Positions 40,783 through 52,894 of a stretch of 64,000 nt of DNA are shown here, one piece after another; position 1 is the stretch's first letter; every line of letters starts with the position of its first letter. This DNA is from Eledone cirrhosa (taxonomy: Eukaryota). Both the position numbers and the translations under genes were made by a program. Where the stretch lies: NCBI GenBank assembly GCA_964016885.1, contig OZ024747.1:53010001-53074000 (forward strand), read 5' to 3'. The notes beneath the pieces were generated by a model. It was given only the letters and a program-made list of their open reading frames with translations, searched no databases and was not told the DNA's origin.

Positions 40783-41807
40783 ACACCACCACCACCACCA
40801 CCGCCGCCACGACTACAACCATTACCCCACCACCACCACTTCCGTCACCATCATCACCACCGCCACGACTACAATCATTACCCCACCACCACCACTTTCG
40901 TCACCATCACCACCACCACCACCACCACCACCTCCACCACGACTACAACCATTACCCCACCACCACCACCACTTCCACCACCACCGTCACCATCATCACC
41001 ACCATCACCACCACCACCACCACCACCGCCACGACTACAACCATTACCCCACCACCACCACTTCCGTCACCATCATCACCACCGCCACGACTACAATCAT
41101 TACCCCACCACCACCACTTTCGTCACCATCACCACCACCACCACCACCACCACCTCCACCACGACTACAACCATTACCCCACCACCACCACCACTTCCAC
41201 CACCACCGTCACCATCATCACCACCATCACCACCACCACCACCACCACCGCCACGACTACAACCATTACCCCACCACCACCACTTCCGTCACCATCATCA
41301 CCACCGCCACGACTACAATCATTACCCCACCACCACCACTTTCGTCACCATCACCACCACCACCACCACCACCACCTCCACCACGACTACAACCATTACC
41401 CCACCACCACCACCACTTCCACCACCACCGTCACCATCATCACCACCACCACCACCACCACCACCACCACCGCCACGACTACAACCATTACCCCACCACC
41501 ACCACTTCCACCGACCCCATCACCACCACCACCACCACCACCACCTCCACCACGACTACAACCATTACCCCACCACCACCACTTCCACCGACCCCATCAC
41601 CACCACCACCACCACCACCACCGCCACGACTACAACCATTACCCCACCACCACCACTTCCACCACCCCGTCTCCACCACCACCACCACCATCACCACCAC
41701 CACCAACACCACCACGACGACCACCCCCACCACGACTACACCCCCACCCCTTCCCCCTCCTCCACCACTACCCCCACTTCCCCTCCACACCACCACCCTT
41801 CTCATAT

Positions 41808-41854
<47 letters not shown>

Positions 41855-42480
41855 TCATTCACACAACTGCCAAAAACTTACCATACATCACTACACACCA
41901 CCACACATCTACAACACCACACACCACTACACACCACCACACATCTACAACACCACACACCACTACACACCACCACACATCTACAACACCACACACCACT
42001 ACACACCACTGCACACTGCACACCATTACACACCACCGAACTACCCACTACCTTTCCCCACCACCAATACCACTACTACCACCAACTCAAACACCACAAG
42101 AGATCACCACCTCTACTACCACTATCACCCCACCGCCATCACCGTTACCACCACCACCACTACTACCACTATCACTCCACCGCCATCACCATTACAACCA
42201 CCACTACTACCACTATCACCCCACCGCCATCACCGTTACCACCACCACCACTACTACCACTATCACTCCACCGCCATCACCGTTACAACCACCTCTACTA
42301 CCACTATCACCCCACCGCCATCACCGTTACCACCACCACCACTACTACCACTATCACTCCACCGCCACCACCATTACCACCACCACCTCTACTACCACTA
42401 TCACCCCACCGCCACCACCGTTACCTCCACCACTACTACCACCATGATCCCCCCATCACCACCACCACCACTACTACCGT
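40783..42480. repeat. (CAC)n-derived higher-order minisatellites
   Basis: CACGACTACAACCATTACCCCACC units and related arrays. Confidence 0.9.
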
Positions 42481-42911
42481 TACGAATCCTTTTTACGCAA
42501 GCGAGCTGGCCTGTTCCATTCATACAATCACACTCACTAATACACACACATACGTACACACATAAACACACACACACGTACACGCATAAACACACACACA
42601 CACACACGTACACACATACTGATATATTGTCTGAATTACATAATCTCTCTAGCCTGATCATAGTTACACACGGTAATATACACATATACACACCCATACA
42701 TCCATGTACACACACGCATACACATAACTATATCTCTCTCTCATATACACACTCTTTCTCTGTCTACATGTATGTGTGTGTTTATATATATATATATAAA
42801 CACACACATACATATAGACAGAGAAAGAGTGTGTATATGAGATATATATATATATATATTATAATAAAATAACAGCAGGCTGGACTTGTGTAAATCCTTG
42901 AAAGGTTTATT

Positions 42912-42969
42912 ATATTATGATCATTTCAATGACCGGGTTCCGTATGAATCCGGTGATATCATCAGGTAT
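42912..42969 (-). ncRNA. Hammerhead (family H, left arm)
   Basis: Minus: ATAC-CTGATGA-tATcACCGGaTTC atacg GAAcCCGGTcATt-GAAA-TGATCA-TA-ATAT. Confidence 0.6.
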
Positions 42970-43131
42970 TCGAAATATAATAAATGAATGTAACAGATAA
43001 AATCCATGGGGCTGAAAATCATAGACCCGAGGACGACCGACCATCTAGCATCTTCTACTTTAGTCGGTCTTGAGGGCGAAAGTGGAAGATCCCATAGATT
43101 TTATCTGTTACATTAATTTATTATATTTTGA

Positions 43132-43189
43132 ATACCTGATGATATCACTGGATTCATACGGAACCCGCTCATTGAAATGATCATAGTAT
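43132..43189 (+). ncRNA. Hammerhead (family H, right arm)
   Basis: ATAC-CTGATGA-..-GAAA-TGATCA-TA-GTAT; palindromic helix III. Confidence 0.65.
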
Positions 43190-43400
43190 AATAAACCTTT
43201 CAAGGATCTACACAAATCCAGCCTCCTGTCATTTCATTATAATATTTAACTCCGTAATAGCACCACCAACTACAAAAACAAAGACGGTTGAACTGCTCTA
43301 CGTTGAGTACTCTCCATATTATTACATCAAGATTGACCATACGGAATGACCAGCTCTATCCAGTGGTGAACCTTCAAACCTATATATAGATATATATATA

Positions 43401-43610
43401 TATAACGAAGGAAATGTGGTAAGGAACCAGGTGGACCATAACGCACCAAAGTAATCAATACTTAGGGTAGTAGAGTGGGTAATAGGAACAAGTAAGACTC
43501 CGATGGCTGAGCTCAAGCCGTTTCGACGACTGATTCTGGACTAAAATTTTAGTCCAGAATTAGCCGTCGAAACGGCTTGAGCTCAGCCGTCGGGGTCCTA
43601 CTCGTTCCTA
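43401..43610. mobile_element. Family D fold-back copy (longest hairpin)
   Basis: Hairpin 43481-43610 centred on CTAAAATTTTAG. Confidence 0.8.
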
Positions 43611-43903
43611 TATATATATACGCGTGTGTAAAATAAAATAAAATAAATAAGTCAAATGTTTAAAATATATATTTCGGTGACAGCTATCTTTGGCTGTGAC
43701 CTCTTCAGGCAGTCCGAATAAAGTACCAGTAATGCACTGGTTTATTGCTGGCCTTGTGCCAAATGTAGAAACAATTATTGATGTTATTACCCAGAACCTC
43801 AACATTTATACTCTAATTTCGTATTGAGTACTTTTCAGTAAACTGAAATATTAACATATACACTCATACATACATACATACATACACACATAAATATGTA
43901 ATC

Positions 43904-43935
<32 letters not shown>

Positions 43936-44052
43936 ATACATACATAAATATGTAATCATAGAGATATATATGATTACATATTTGTGTGTGTATGATAATG
44001 TGAGTGTGCGTGTGTGTATAAATATATACTTATACACACACATATATACATC

Positions 44053-44084
<32 letters not shown>

Positions 44085-44549
44085 TGTATGTATGTATGTA
44101 TTTATATATATATATATACATACATAAATATGTAATCATATATATATATATATATATACATACATACATATATATAGATGTATATATGTGTGTGTATAAG
44201 TATATATTTATACACACACGCACACTCACATTATCATACATACATACATACATACATACATTCAGAAATACTCATGCACAAACAATACAGTGTTCCATTC
44301 ATAAGCTTTATAGTAACCCACGGATGTAGCTATTGTGAAAGACTCACATTTATATAGACACACATTCACATTTTCACGCACACACACATCAGTTTCCATT
44401 CATACACTCATCACGCACATATACATATATGCACAATGTTCTCTTCATAATGTAGTCACACACATATTCATACGGAATGACACAACCTGTTATTTTAACA
44501 GTGCGTTCATTTTTTTTTACAACCGTCTCTTACATATATACACACAGCT

Positions 44550-45000
44550 ATGGTGGCTGCCAACTCGTTTTCGAGTACGGCCAACTACTTTATATCCATG
44601 TAGGAGAACTCCTACCGATGCGCTGAACGAATGTGACTTTTTAGTTCAGCTAGCGACTTGAAAACACTACACTTGTGACAATTATTGACACATAGTGCTG
44701 GGCCCATGGTACCATGTGACGACAAGTGCAGAGAGATCTCCAGATACAAAGTAATGCCTGTGCCGTGAAGCTTTCACAGTGAGCAAAGGCACTGCACAAA
44801 GCCAGTCCCACTCTCTTAACCAAGATGATATTTACCAAAAAGAAGAACAAGTCAACATCATTGGATACCATCAGAGTTGCAGGTGTTATATCAGAGTTTT
44901 CCTTCTCCTAGAATTCTGCCTTGACAAAAGGCTAAGGGGTCATCTCTCCCGGTGATTTTGGATGGCCATTGACTCTTAAGAGCACCTTTGCCCTTTGACA
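44550..45000 (-). mobile_element. Element A copy
   Basis: Reverse complement of element A. Confidence 0.85.
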
Positions 45001-45030
45001 ACATACAGCTATACATGCATACATACATAC

Positions 45031-46730
45031 ATGATGATGGCTGCCCCCTCGTTATCGAGTATGGTCATTGCACGACACCCGCCCCCCCTCAAAAATGACA
45101 ATAATAATAATAATTGTTTCTACTTTTGGCACAAGGCCAGCAATTATTCCAGTGTATTACTGGTACTTTATTTTACCGACCTCCGTAAGGATGAAAGGCA
45201 AAGTTGACCTCGGCGGGATTTGAATGGAAAGGGCCGTAACTCTATGCGTCAAAGCATGACGTCCGACCCTCTACCGATACTGCCAATCCACTAATAATAA
45301 TAATAATTGTTTCTACTTTAGGCACAAGTCCAGCAATTAACCAGTGCATTACTGGTACTTTATTTTATCGACCCGTAAGGATGAAAGGCAAAGTCAACCT
45401 CGGCGGGATTTGAACTCAGATCGTAAAGGGACGTAACTATGCTGGAAAGCATGGCGTTCGACCCTCTACCGATACTGCCAAATAATAATAATAATAAAAG
45501 GAAAAGAATATATACACACACACACACATACATATCTATATATACATATACACATACATACTCACACACACACACACAATAACAATTAACGGTGCTGCGA
45601 TCGAATGTGGCTTTTTAGCCCAGCCAATGATCTAAAATATCTTGCACAGAGTTGGTAACCAAAACATTCACTGGCAGTAGCCGGCTGTGGTTGGAGTTCA
45701 TGTACTCTTGCATGTCGTTTGAGCCCTCCTGTTGATCTACACTCCCTACCATATGATTGGCAGGCATGATAAGTAGCATCGCCAACAGCAGCCTGGTAGT
45801 CAACCACTGGTCTCACTTTATGATTCTAGCTTTGCTGAGGTAGAGTCTCGAACAGACGCTGCATGTCAGCGCCATAGGAGGACCTTCACTGTGTGGAAGT
45901 GCAACAGCAATGCCCTTCCTCACATCCCTTTTTACTTTCTCGTATGTGATTCGAGATGCCTCAAAGGCAACTTTCCCCTCATATACAGTCTTTGTCCATT
46001 TATTACGATCAGCAGCTACATTTTCTCATGTATCAGCAGAGATGTTAGCGTCTTTCAAAGAGGTTTTCAAGGAATCCTTATACCTTTTTTTTGTTTATGT
46101 GGAGGTAGTTTTCCTTTAACTAACTCTCCATTAAAGAGTTGTTTTGGTATTCTAGAATCCTTCATCCTGGCAATTGACCACTCCATCGGAGTCTTTGCTT
46201 AAGCACAAGAGCTTCTATACTGTCACACATAGAGCTTTCCAAAATCTCGACATCACTGATCTGGTCCCTCCAGTGAACGCCATGGATCCGTCTGAGACAC
46301 ATCTGATGGAAACGCTCCAATTGTTTAAGGTGGTGTCGATATGTGACCCAGGTCTTACAGAAGAGAGCACGCATGCCTTGTATCCCTTTACCTTTGTCTT
46401 CTTGCATGTCTCGCCGACCCCAGAAGCGCCTTTCTAGCTTTCCGAAAGCATCATTTGCTTTCCTAATCCTGAGTGGAATTTCATTATCAAGATTGCTGTA
46501 TCGATTGACAGTGCTTCCCAGGTAGACAAACTGATCAACCACTCCAAGTCGTTTACCATACACATAGATATTTGGCTCACTGTACTGCTTACCATGGGCA
46601 GGTTGGTACATGTCGACAGTTTTCTTGAGACTGACAGTCAATCCTAGGGGAGTGCAAGCATCAGAAACTGCATTCAAAATGTGCTGCATATAATTCTCTG
46701 TGTGCGCTACAAGATCGCAATCATCAACAT
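45031..46730 (-). mobile_element. RTE (BovB-like) LINE 3' half, decayed; 3'UTR interrupted by two SINE-B copies
   Basis: VDDCDLVAH..GLTVSLKKT..FVYLGS..LERFHQMCLRRI..RLRWSG..; C-terminal C2H2-like FRSLAGLKSHIRSQHR* at 45586; terminal stem-loop CTCGataaCGAG at about 45045-45060. Confidence 0.85.
45111..45481 (-). mobile_element. Tandem SINE-B dimer
   Basis: Two copies, 45111-45292 and 45304-45481, with (TAA)n tails. Confidence 0.8.
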
Positions 46731-46869
46731 ACATATATATACATACATGCATACATACATAAATGCATGCATACATACATACATACATACTTACATACAT
46801 GCATACATACATGCATACATACGTAAATGTATGTATGCATACATACATACATACATACTAACATATATA

Positions 46870-47150
46870 CATGATGGTTGCCCCCTCGTTAGCGAGTATG
46901 GCCATTGCACGATCAAACATTATTAATAGTTATCAATTAATGCTATTGTGCAATGTCTGTGGATTAAGATTTTTTTCAAAAGTTTTAAAGTGATGAAAAA
47001 CTGTGTACTGAGCCAATCCCACTCTCTGAGCGACTGTAACTATAACTCGAAAAGAAGTAAAGATCAACATCATCGGTAACAACTGATCCGCAGGTTGTAT
47101 ATCTGAGTTGCCTTCTCCTAGAAGAATACCCTGACAAAGGTCCTTCACTC
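46870..47150 (-). mobile_element. Diverged element-A-like bipartite RTE derivative
   Basis: Minus: CTAGGAGAAGGCAACTCAGATATA..GAGAGTGGGATTGGCT.. joined to GGCCATACTCGCTAACGAGGGGGCAACCATCAT. Confidence 0.7.
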
Positions 47151-47253
47151 CCAGTGGTTTAACCGCACGATCGGGTATCCAGCCCGACTATTTCTATGTC
47201 CCCGCGCATATACATATATACATATACATACATATACATATTTACACATTTAT

Positions 47254-47443
47254 GTCGGATCACTCTTGAGTGCTACTGGTAACATGTGACCCAGTACAAC
47301 CTGTCGCATTGTCGGGTCGTCGGCGACTAAACCGTCAACCAAGTTTACTTGGTGAGGGGGATGATTTTGGACACCCTGCAGGACAAAAAACAAAACCTGA
47401 CGAAGGGCGGAAGAACTTATAAGAGTCAACGGCCATCCAAAAA
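47254..47443 (+). mobile_element. Element A 5' portion, diverged
   Basis: Homologous to 9468-9662. Confidence 0.75.
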
Positions 47444-47802
47444 TGTGTAAATATGTACATACATATATAGATGCATACATACATACATACATGCATACAT
47501 ACATACATACATACAGATATAGACACGTGGCCTAGTGATAACGGTATTGAACTTACGATCATAATTGTTTCTACGTTAGGCACAAGGCCAGCAATTACCC
47601 AGTGTATTACTGGTACTTTATTTTATCGACCTCGTAAGGATGAAAGGCAAAGTTAACCTCAGACGAGGGGTTTACCACCGCGGAACGGGAAGATGATCAT
47701 ACCGTCTGGCCCTTTGCCGTCTCCTCGGTCCAGTCCCACCGGCTCGAGCTGGGAGGGAAAGCCTGCAGCATCCAAACCATGCTTTATGACCTCATTGAGG
47801 GC

Positions 47803-48090
47803 AGCATGGCGTGGAAGGCGGGATCAGAATGTCGTGGGTTCGATTGCTGGGTTGCGTGTCATGTTCTTGAGCAAAACACTTCATTTCACGTTGCTCCAGT
47901 ATACTCAGCTGAAAATGAGTACCAGCAATAGCTGGGGGTTTAACCCTGCGATGGACTGGCATCCTGTCCAGGTGTGTGTGTGTGTGTGGGGGGGGGGGGG
48001 ATCCTGTACTCTCAGTCGCATCACGCCATGAAACCGAGATAAGCTCCGGCTAAATGGGCCTTCCGTCTTAAGACAGACTTTAGACTTTTA
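47803..48090 (+). mobile_element. tRNA SINE with CORE-like and V-like segments
   Basis: GGTTCGATT, TTCTTGAGCAAAACACTT, CCTGCGATGGACTGGCATCCTGTCCAGG. Confidence 0.55.
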
Positions 48091-48420
48091 AAACAGATAT
48101 ATACATACTTAAATACACTCTACCCACACATATATATAAACATGCACATATATGTGTATATATTGTGGTGTGGAATATAAACACCTCGATTAAATATATC
48201 CTTGTAGTTGTTTATGTAATGAAGGCCCAAATAGGCTTGAAAATTGGTTCAAGTTGTTTAAAATTGTTTTACTTTACGAGGACATACTTATAGTTGGCAT
48301 GTGTTCAGATCTATATACTAAAAAAGTGTAGATTTATATACACATTACACAATCTTAATTACTTCTGTTTTGTATATATGCAGATATATCGTTATATTAT
48401 ACTTCGGTTACATCCACAGA

Positions 48421-48476
<56 letters not shown>

Positions 48477-48483
48477 GTATATG

Positions 48484-48557
<74 letters not shown>

Positions 48558-48570
48558 CATATATATATAT

Positions 48571-49240
48571 ATGTCGAATTTTGTTTATCGTGAACTCGTG
48601 CGCCGATTTTTCGATACTCGATTATTCTACTATATTTAGCTCTAGAGTTAGCTATTGACCAGTTAATTTTATTGTTCATATTTTGTCGATTCTATTAAAT
48701 GATGAATAGCTCCTGTTTATTTTAACATGTCTATTGAGCACTCTTATTCGATATGTGATTTTCCACATTCCCGAATATTTTTCGCGGATATAGAGGTTAT
48801 CTCCCTTGCTGGATTCCATGTGCGTTTTCAGCTAGGGTTGGCTTTTTTATTCGTCTGGACAAAGCTCGTTGATAAAGTATTTCCTGTCCGCCGCTCTCTA
48901 GAAGTCTTATATATTTTTATGTGGGCTGATAGTGGGCGGTTTAAGGATTTACAGAAACCCAAGAAGCTAGATTTACCATCTTTCTAGTGGGTCCGGGTAA
49001 GCTTTTTACATTCACATGATTTATTGATTTATTGATATTTTATCTGAGTGACCCGAATCTTCCTGATCGTAATTTTTCGGTCGTATGGTTGATTTTAGAC
49101 ATAATCTATGTGTGTTGGTATTTTAACGATAGTTATAGCTCTGATTTCTCTGAATTATTGAGCCCTCTGCCACTCATGTCGAATTTTGTTTATCGTGAAC
49201 TCGTGCGCCGATTTTTCGATACTCGATTATTCTACTATAT
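48571..49240. repeat. Unclassified 670-bp element with identical ~65-bp terminal direct repeats in (TA)n
   Basis: ATGTCGAATTTTG..ATTCTACTATAT at 48571-48635 and 49176-49240. Confidence 0.75.
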
Positions 49241-49253
49241 ATATATATATACA

Positions 49254-49373
<120 letters not shown>

Positions 49374-49492
49374 CATATATATATATAAATATATACATAT
49401 ATATATATACATACATACGGGAGCTTCCAACAGACATGGTCACATTCTTTTAAGGGTATGTCAATATTTGTTTATAAAACTGATCTATATTA

Positions 49493-49557
49493 TATTTTAT
49501 CTGATGAAAGCGCACCATAATTTGCTTTGGTGTCCTTGAAATATGTATAATGAAATA
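49493..49557 (+). ncRNA. Minimal type I hammerhead (family C; element about 49418-49600)
   Basis: TATTTTAT-CTGATGA-AAGcGCACCA..TGGTGTcCTT-GAAA-TATGTA-TA-ATGAAATA. Confidence 0.8.
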
Positions 49558-49595
49558 AATATGGTTTTATAAATATAGTTTCCATTTATTAATAT

Positions 49596-49633
<38 letters not shown>

Positions 49634-50714
49634 AATATATACATATATAACGATCCGTTTTCTTGCCAACAGTCCATTTAATACTTTCCTACTGTGACCT
49701 ATTAACCACGTGACGGTTGTCCTTTTTGAAGAAGACATCTGTTACGATAGTCACACGAAATCTCCTCGGGTTTTGAGATCAGGTCTCTTTCTCTGAAGAG
49801 ACCTGATCTCATAATCCTCTATGCTAAATTATTAGAATACTTGAATTTGTCTTCAAGACGAAACTGCTGTAAGAATCATGAAGTATTTTGAGGTAAATCT
49901 GTTTGTCTTAAGTACTTTACTTTACTTTACCTATTCTTATATATATATATATACATATATATATCAAAGAAGGTGTGGTAAGATACCAGGTGGACCATAA
50001 CGCAGCAGAGTACTCGATACTTAGGGTAGTAGAGTGGGTAATAGGAAGAGTGTCAGGACCCCGACGGCTGGTGAGTTATGGTCTAATTGGTTTTTAACGC
50101 CTTAATCTGATTTCGTTACTTCACCCTTTTGTCTGTTTACACTCGTGTTCCCTTTATTTACGTGTCCCAACGACTTTTTTTAGCCGTTGCTCGCACCAAC
50201 CGGAGGTATATGGTCTTTAAAGCGATGAAATACCAATGATGGTTGGAAGATCACCGATGAAGGACTAACTTTATTCATATATATATATATATATACATGT
50301 GTGTGTGTATGTGTGTGTTAGAGGTGTACGCTGTTTATCCATAACAAATATACAAAAGTCTCGCTATGAATATTTCAAGCAGTGATAATATACAGGGTGA
50401 GCTATAAGTAACTGGACAGTCAATGCATTTTTATTGCAAGGTTCAAAGATAACTTTAGGAACATTCGCTTATTTGTGTGTGATCAGCTGTGGTTATATTT
50501 TTCTAACTACTTTAACTTGGTACTGATGGGATACTTGTGTGTACGTATATATGTCAATCTACCTATTTATCGATAAAATCACTTAACCCTTAACTCTATA
50601 AAATACTTCACCTATGCTGGTATAGTCACTACCTCCGTCTCTCTCTCGCCTTACCCATCTCTGACTATTATAAGCAAATAGAGGCTCACGCGCTGGCCGT
50701 TCCGCCGACCCGGT

Positions 50715-50835
50715 GGACAGAATAGAGAATGCGTTTCCACGGAGGAGAATGGTGAGGAAGATACGCTGGATGAACCATTCCAGCTCACGATACTCACACC
50801 TGCGGGTAACCAACTCTGTGACAATGGTGGTGACT
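50715..50835 (-). mobile_element. CRE-clade-like non-LTR element C-terminal fragment
   Basis: RELEWFIQRI..LRGNAFSIL resembles the QR..RGNA..I terminus of CRE-type ORFs. Confidence 0.5.
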
Positions 50836-51170
50836 AGGGAGGTAGTCCAAGAAACAAGAACACTAGAATAGAAATCTCCTCTGCTACGGACTCGAACGCA
50901 GTAGTTCGATATATTCATAATTTCGTAATATACGACCAGAATTTTAGTAAATATTATCGTTTGGAATATAAATGTTGGAATGTCCGATTACTTATGATTC
51001 ACCCTGTAAATTGATATATACAGGCAACTTTCGAGTACATAGGTACATAAGCACAGTAGTAAGTACATAAGTACATAGAAAATATATTATAGTGTTTTGT
51101 AATGGGGGGGGGGGGGGGTATACATACGTACGTACGTATGTATGTATGTATGTACGTATGTATGTATGTA

Positions 51171-51730
51171 TCTCATGGTCGGGTCGTTGGCGACTAAACT
51201 GGCAACCCCACCAAGGTTTCTTGGTGAGGAGGGTGACTTTGGACATCCTGCAGGACTAAAAACAAAACCTGTCAAAGGGCAAAGGAGCTCTTAAGAGTCA
51301 ATGGCCATCCAAAATCACCGGGAGAGATGACCCCTTAGCCTTTGTCAAGGCAGAATTCTAGGAGAAGGAAAACTCTGATATAACACCTGCAACCCTGATG
51401 GTATCCAATGATGTTGACTTGTTCTTCTTTTTGGTAAATATCATCTTGGTTAAGAGAGTGGGACTGGCTTTGTGCAATGCCTTTGCTCACTATAAAAGCT
51501 TCACGGCACAGGCACTGCTTTGTATCTGGAGATCTCTCTGCACTTGTCGTCACATGGTACCATGGGCCCAGCACTATGTGTCAATAATTGTCACAGGTGT
51601 AGTGTTTGTACCAGAGTTTTCAAGTCACTGGCTGGACTAAAAAGTCACACTTGTTCAGGGCATCGGTAGGGGTTCTCCTACATGGATATAAAGTAGTGGC
51701 CGTACTCGAAAACGAGTTGGCAGCCACCAT
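51171..51730 (+). mobile_element. Element A copy
   Basis: Near-identical to the 9468 copy; (TATG)n on both sides. Confidence 0.85.
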
Positions 51731-51758
51731 GTATGTATGTATGTATGTATGTATGTAT

Positions 51759-52238
51759 GTTTTCTCTTTCTCTTAATTTCGAGTATATTTTTTTTGACCG
51801 GCCACCTTCCTGGTGGCAAGGTTGTAAAAGAAAAGAAATTGTCATCCCTTGAATCGCAAGAATGTTTTGCAAATTTTGAAGGTGCCAGCTATCGCAGCCA
51901 TTTGTAGACTATGAATTAGGGAGCTGCGCTTTTTGTCCGCAAATCCAAGTTCAGACATACTTTGGTCCAAGCGGGTTGGTATATAACCCGAAGCTAAAGG
52001 TGTATCTTGGATACTGGATTTGTAAACTCCTCATCAATGGTCCGTAGATGTCCCCCTTCTCCTGTATTTTTCTGACAACGTTTACATCAAGTGGGCAGCT
52101 GATCTCCACAACAGAACACGTTTTCAATGTGTGGTCCCAAACAACAATATCAGGCCGGTTGTGCTTTAATTTGGTGGCAGTTTTTATTTTCAGGTTCCAC
52201 CAGTATTCCTTAGTGCCATCTGTCTCAATATATTCTTC
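51759..52238 (-). mobile_element. R4/Dong-like element, short 5'-truncated copy
   Basis: Near-identical to 52814-53315 with a 23-bp deletion; (TATG)n flanks. Confidence 0.9.
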
Positions 52239-52271
<33 letters not shown>

Positions 52272-52894
52272 TGTATGTATGTATGTATGTATGTATGTAT
52301 GTATGTATGTATGTATGTATGTATGTATGTATGTATGTACGTATGTATGTATGTACGTACGTACGTACGTACGTATGTATGTATGTATGTATGTATGTAT
52401 GTATGTATGTATGTATGTATGTACGTACGTATGTATGTATCTATATATGTACGTACGTATGTATGTATGTACGTATATATGTACGTATATATGTATGTAT
52501 GTACCTACGTATGTATGTATGTATGTATGTATGTATGTATCTATGTATGTATGTATGTATGTATGTATGTATGTATGTACGTACGTATGTATGTACCTAC
52601 GTATGTATGTATGTATGTATGTATGTATGTATGTATGTATGTATGTATGTACGTACGTACGTATGTTTGTATGTATGTTTGTATGTATGTATGTATGTAT
52701 TTATGTATGTTTGTATGTATGTATGTATGTATGTATGTATGTATGTATGTATGTATGTATGTACGTACGTATGTATGTACCTACGTATGTATGTATGTAT
52801 GTTTGTATGTATGTTTTCTCTTTCTCTTAATTTCGAGTATATTTTTTTGACCGGCCACCTTCCTGGTGGCAAGGTTGTAAAAGAAAAGAAATTG

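Larger units (their letters stand above)
42857..43381. mobile_element. Hammerhead-bearing asymmetric fold-back element (family H)
   Basis: About 150-bp imperfect inverted arms 42857-43010/43091-43244, right-side tail, TA-repeat flanks. Confidence 0.75.

Noticed and set aside
45586-45816. Host C2H2 zinc-finger gene
   Set aside because: Contiguous with the RTE RT region; it is the LINE C-terminus
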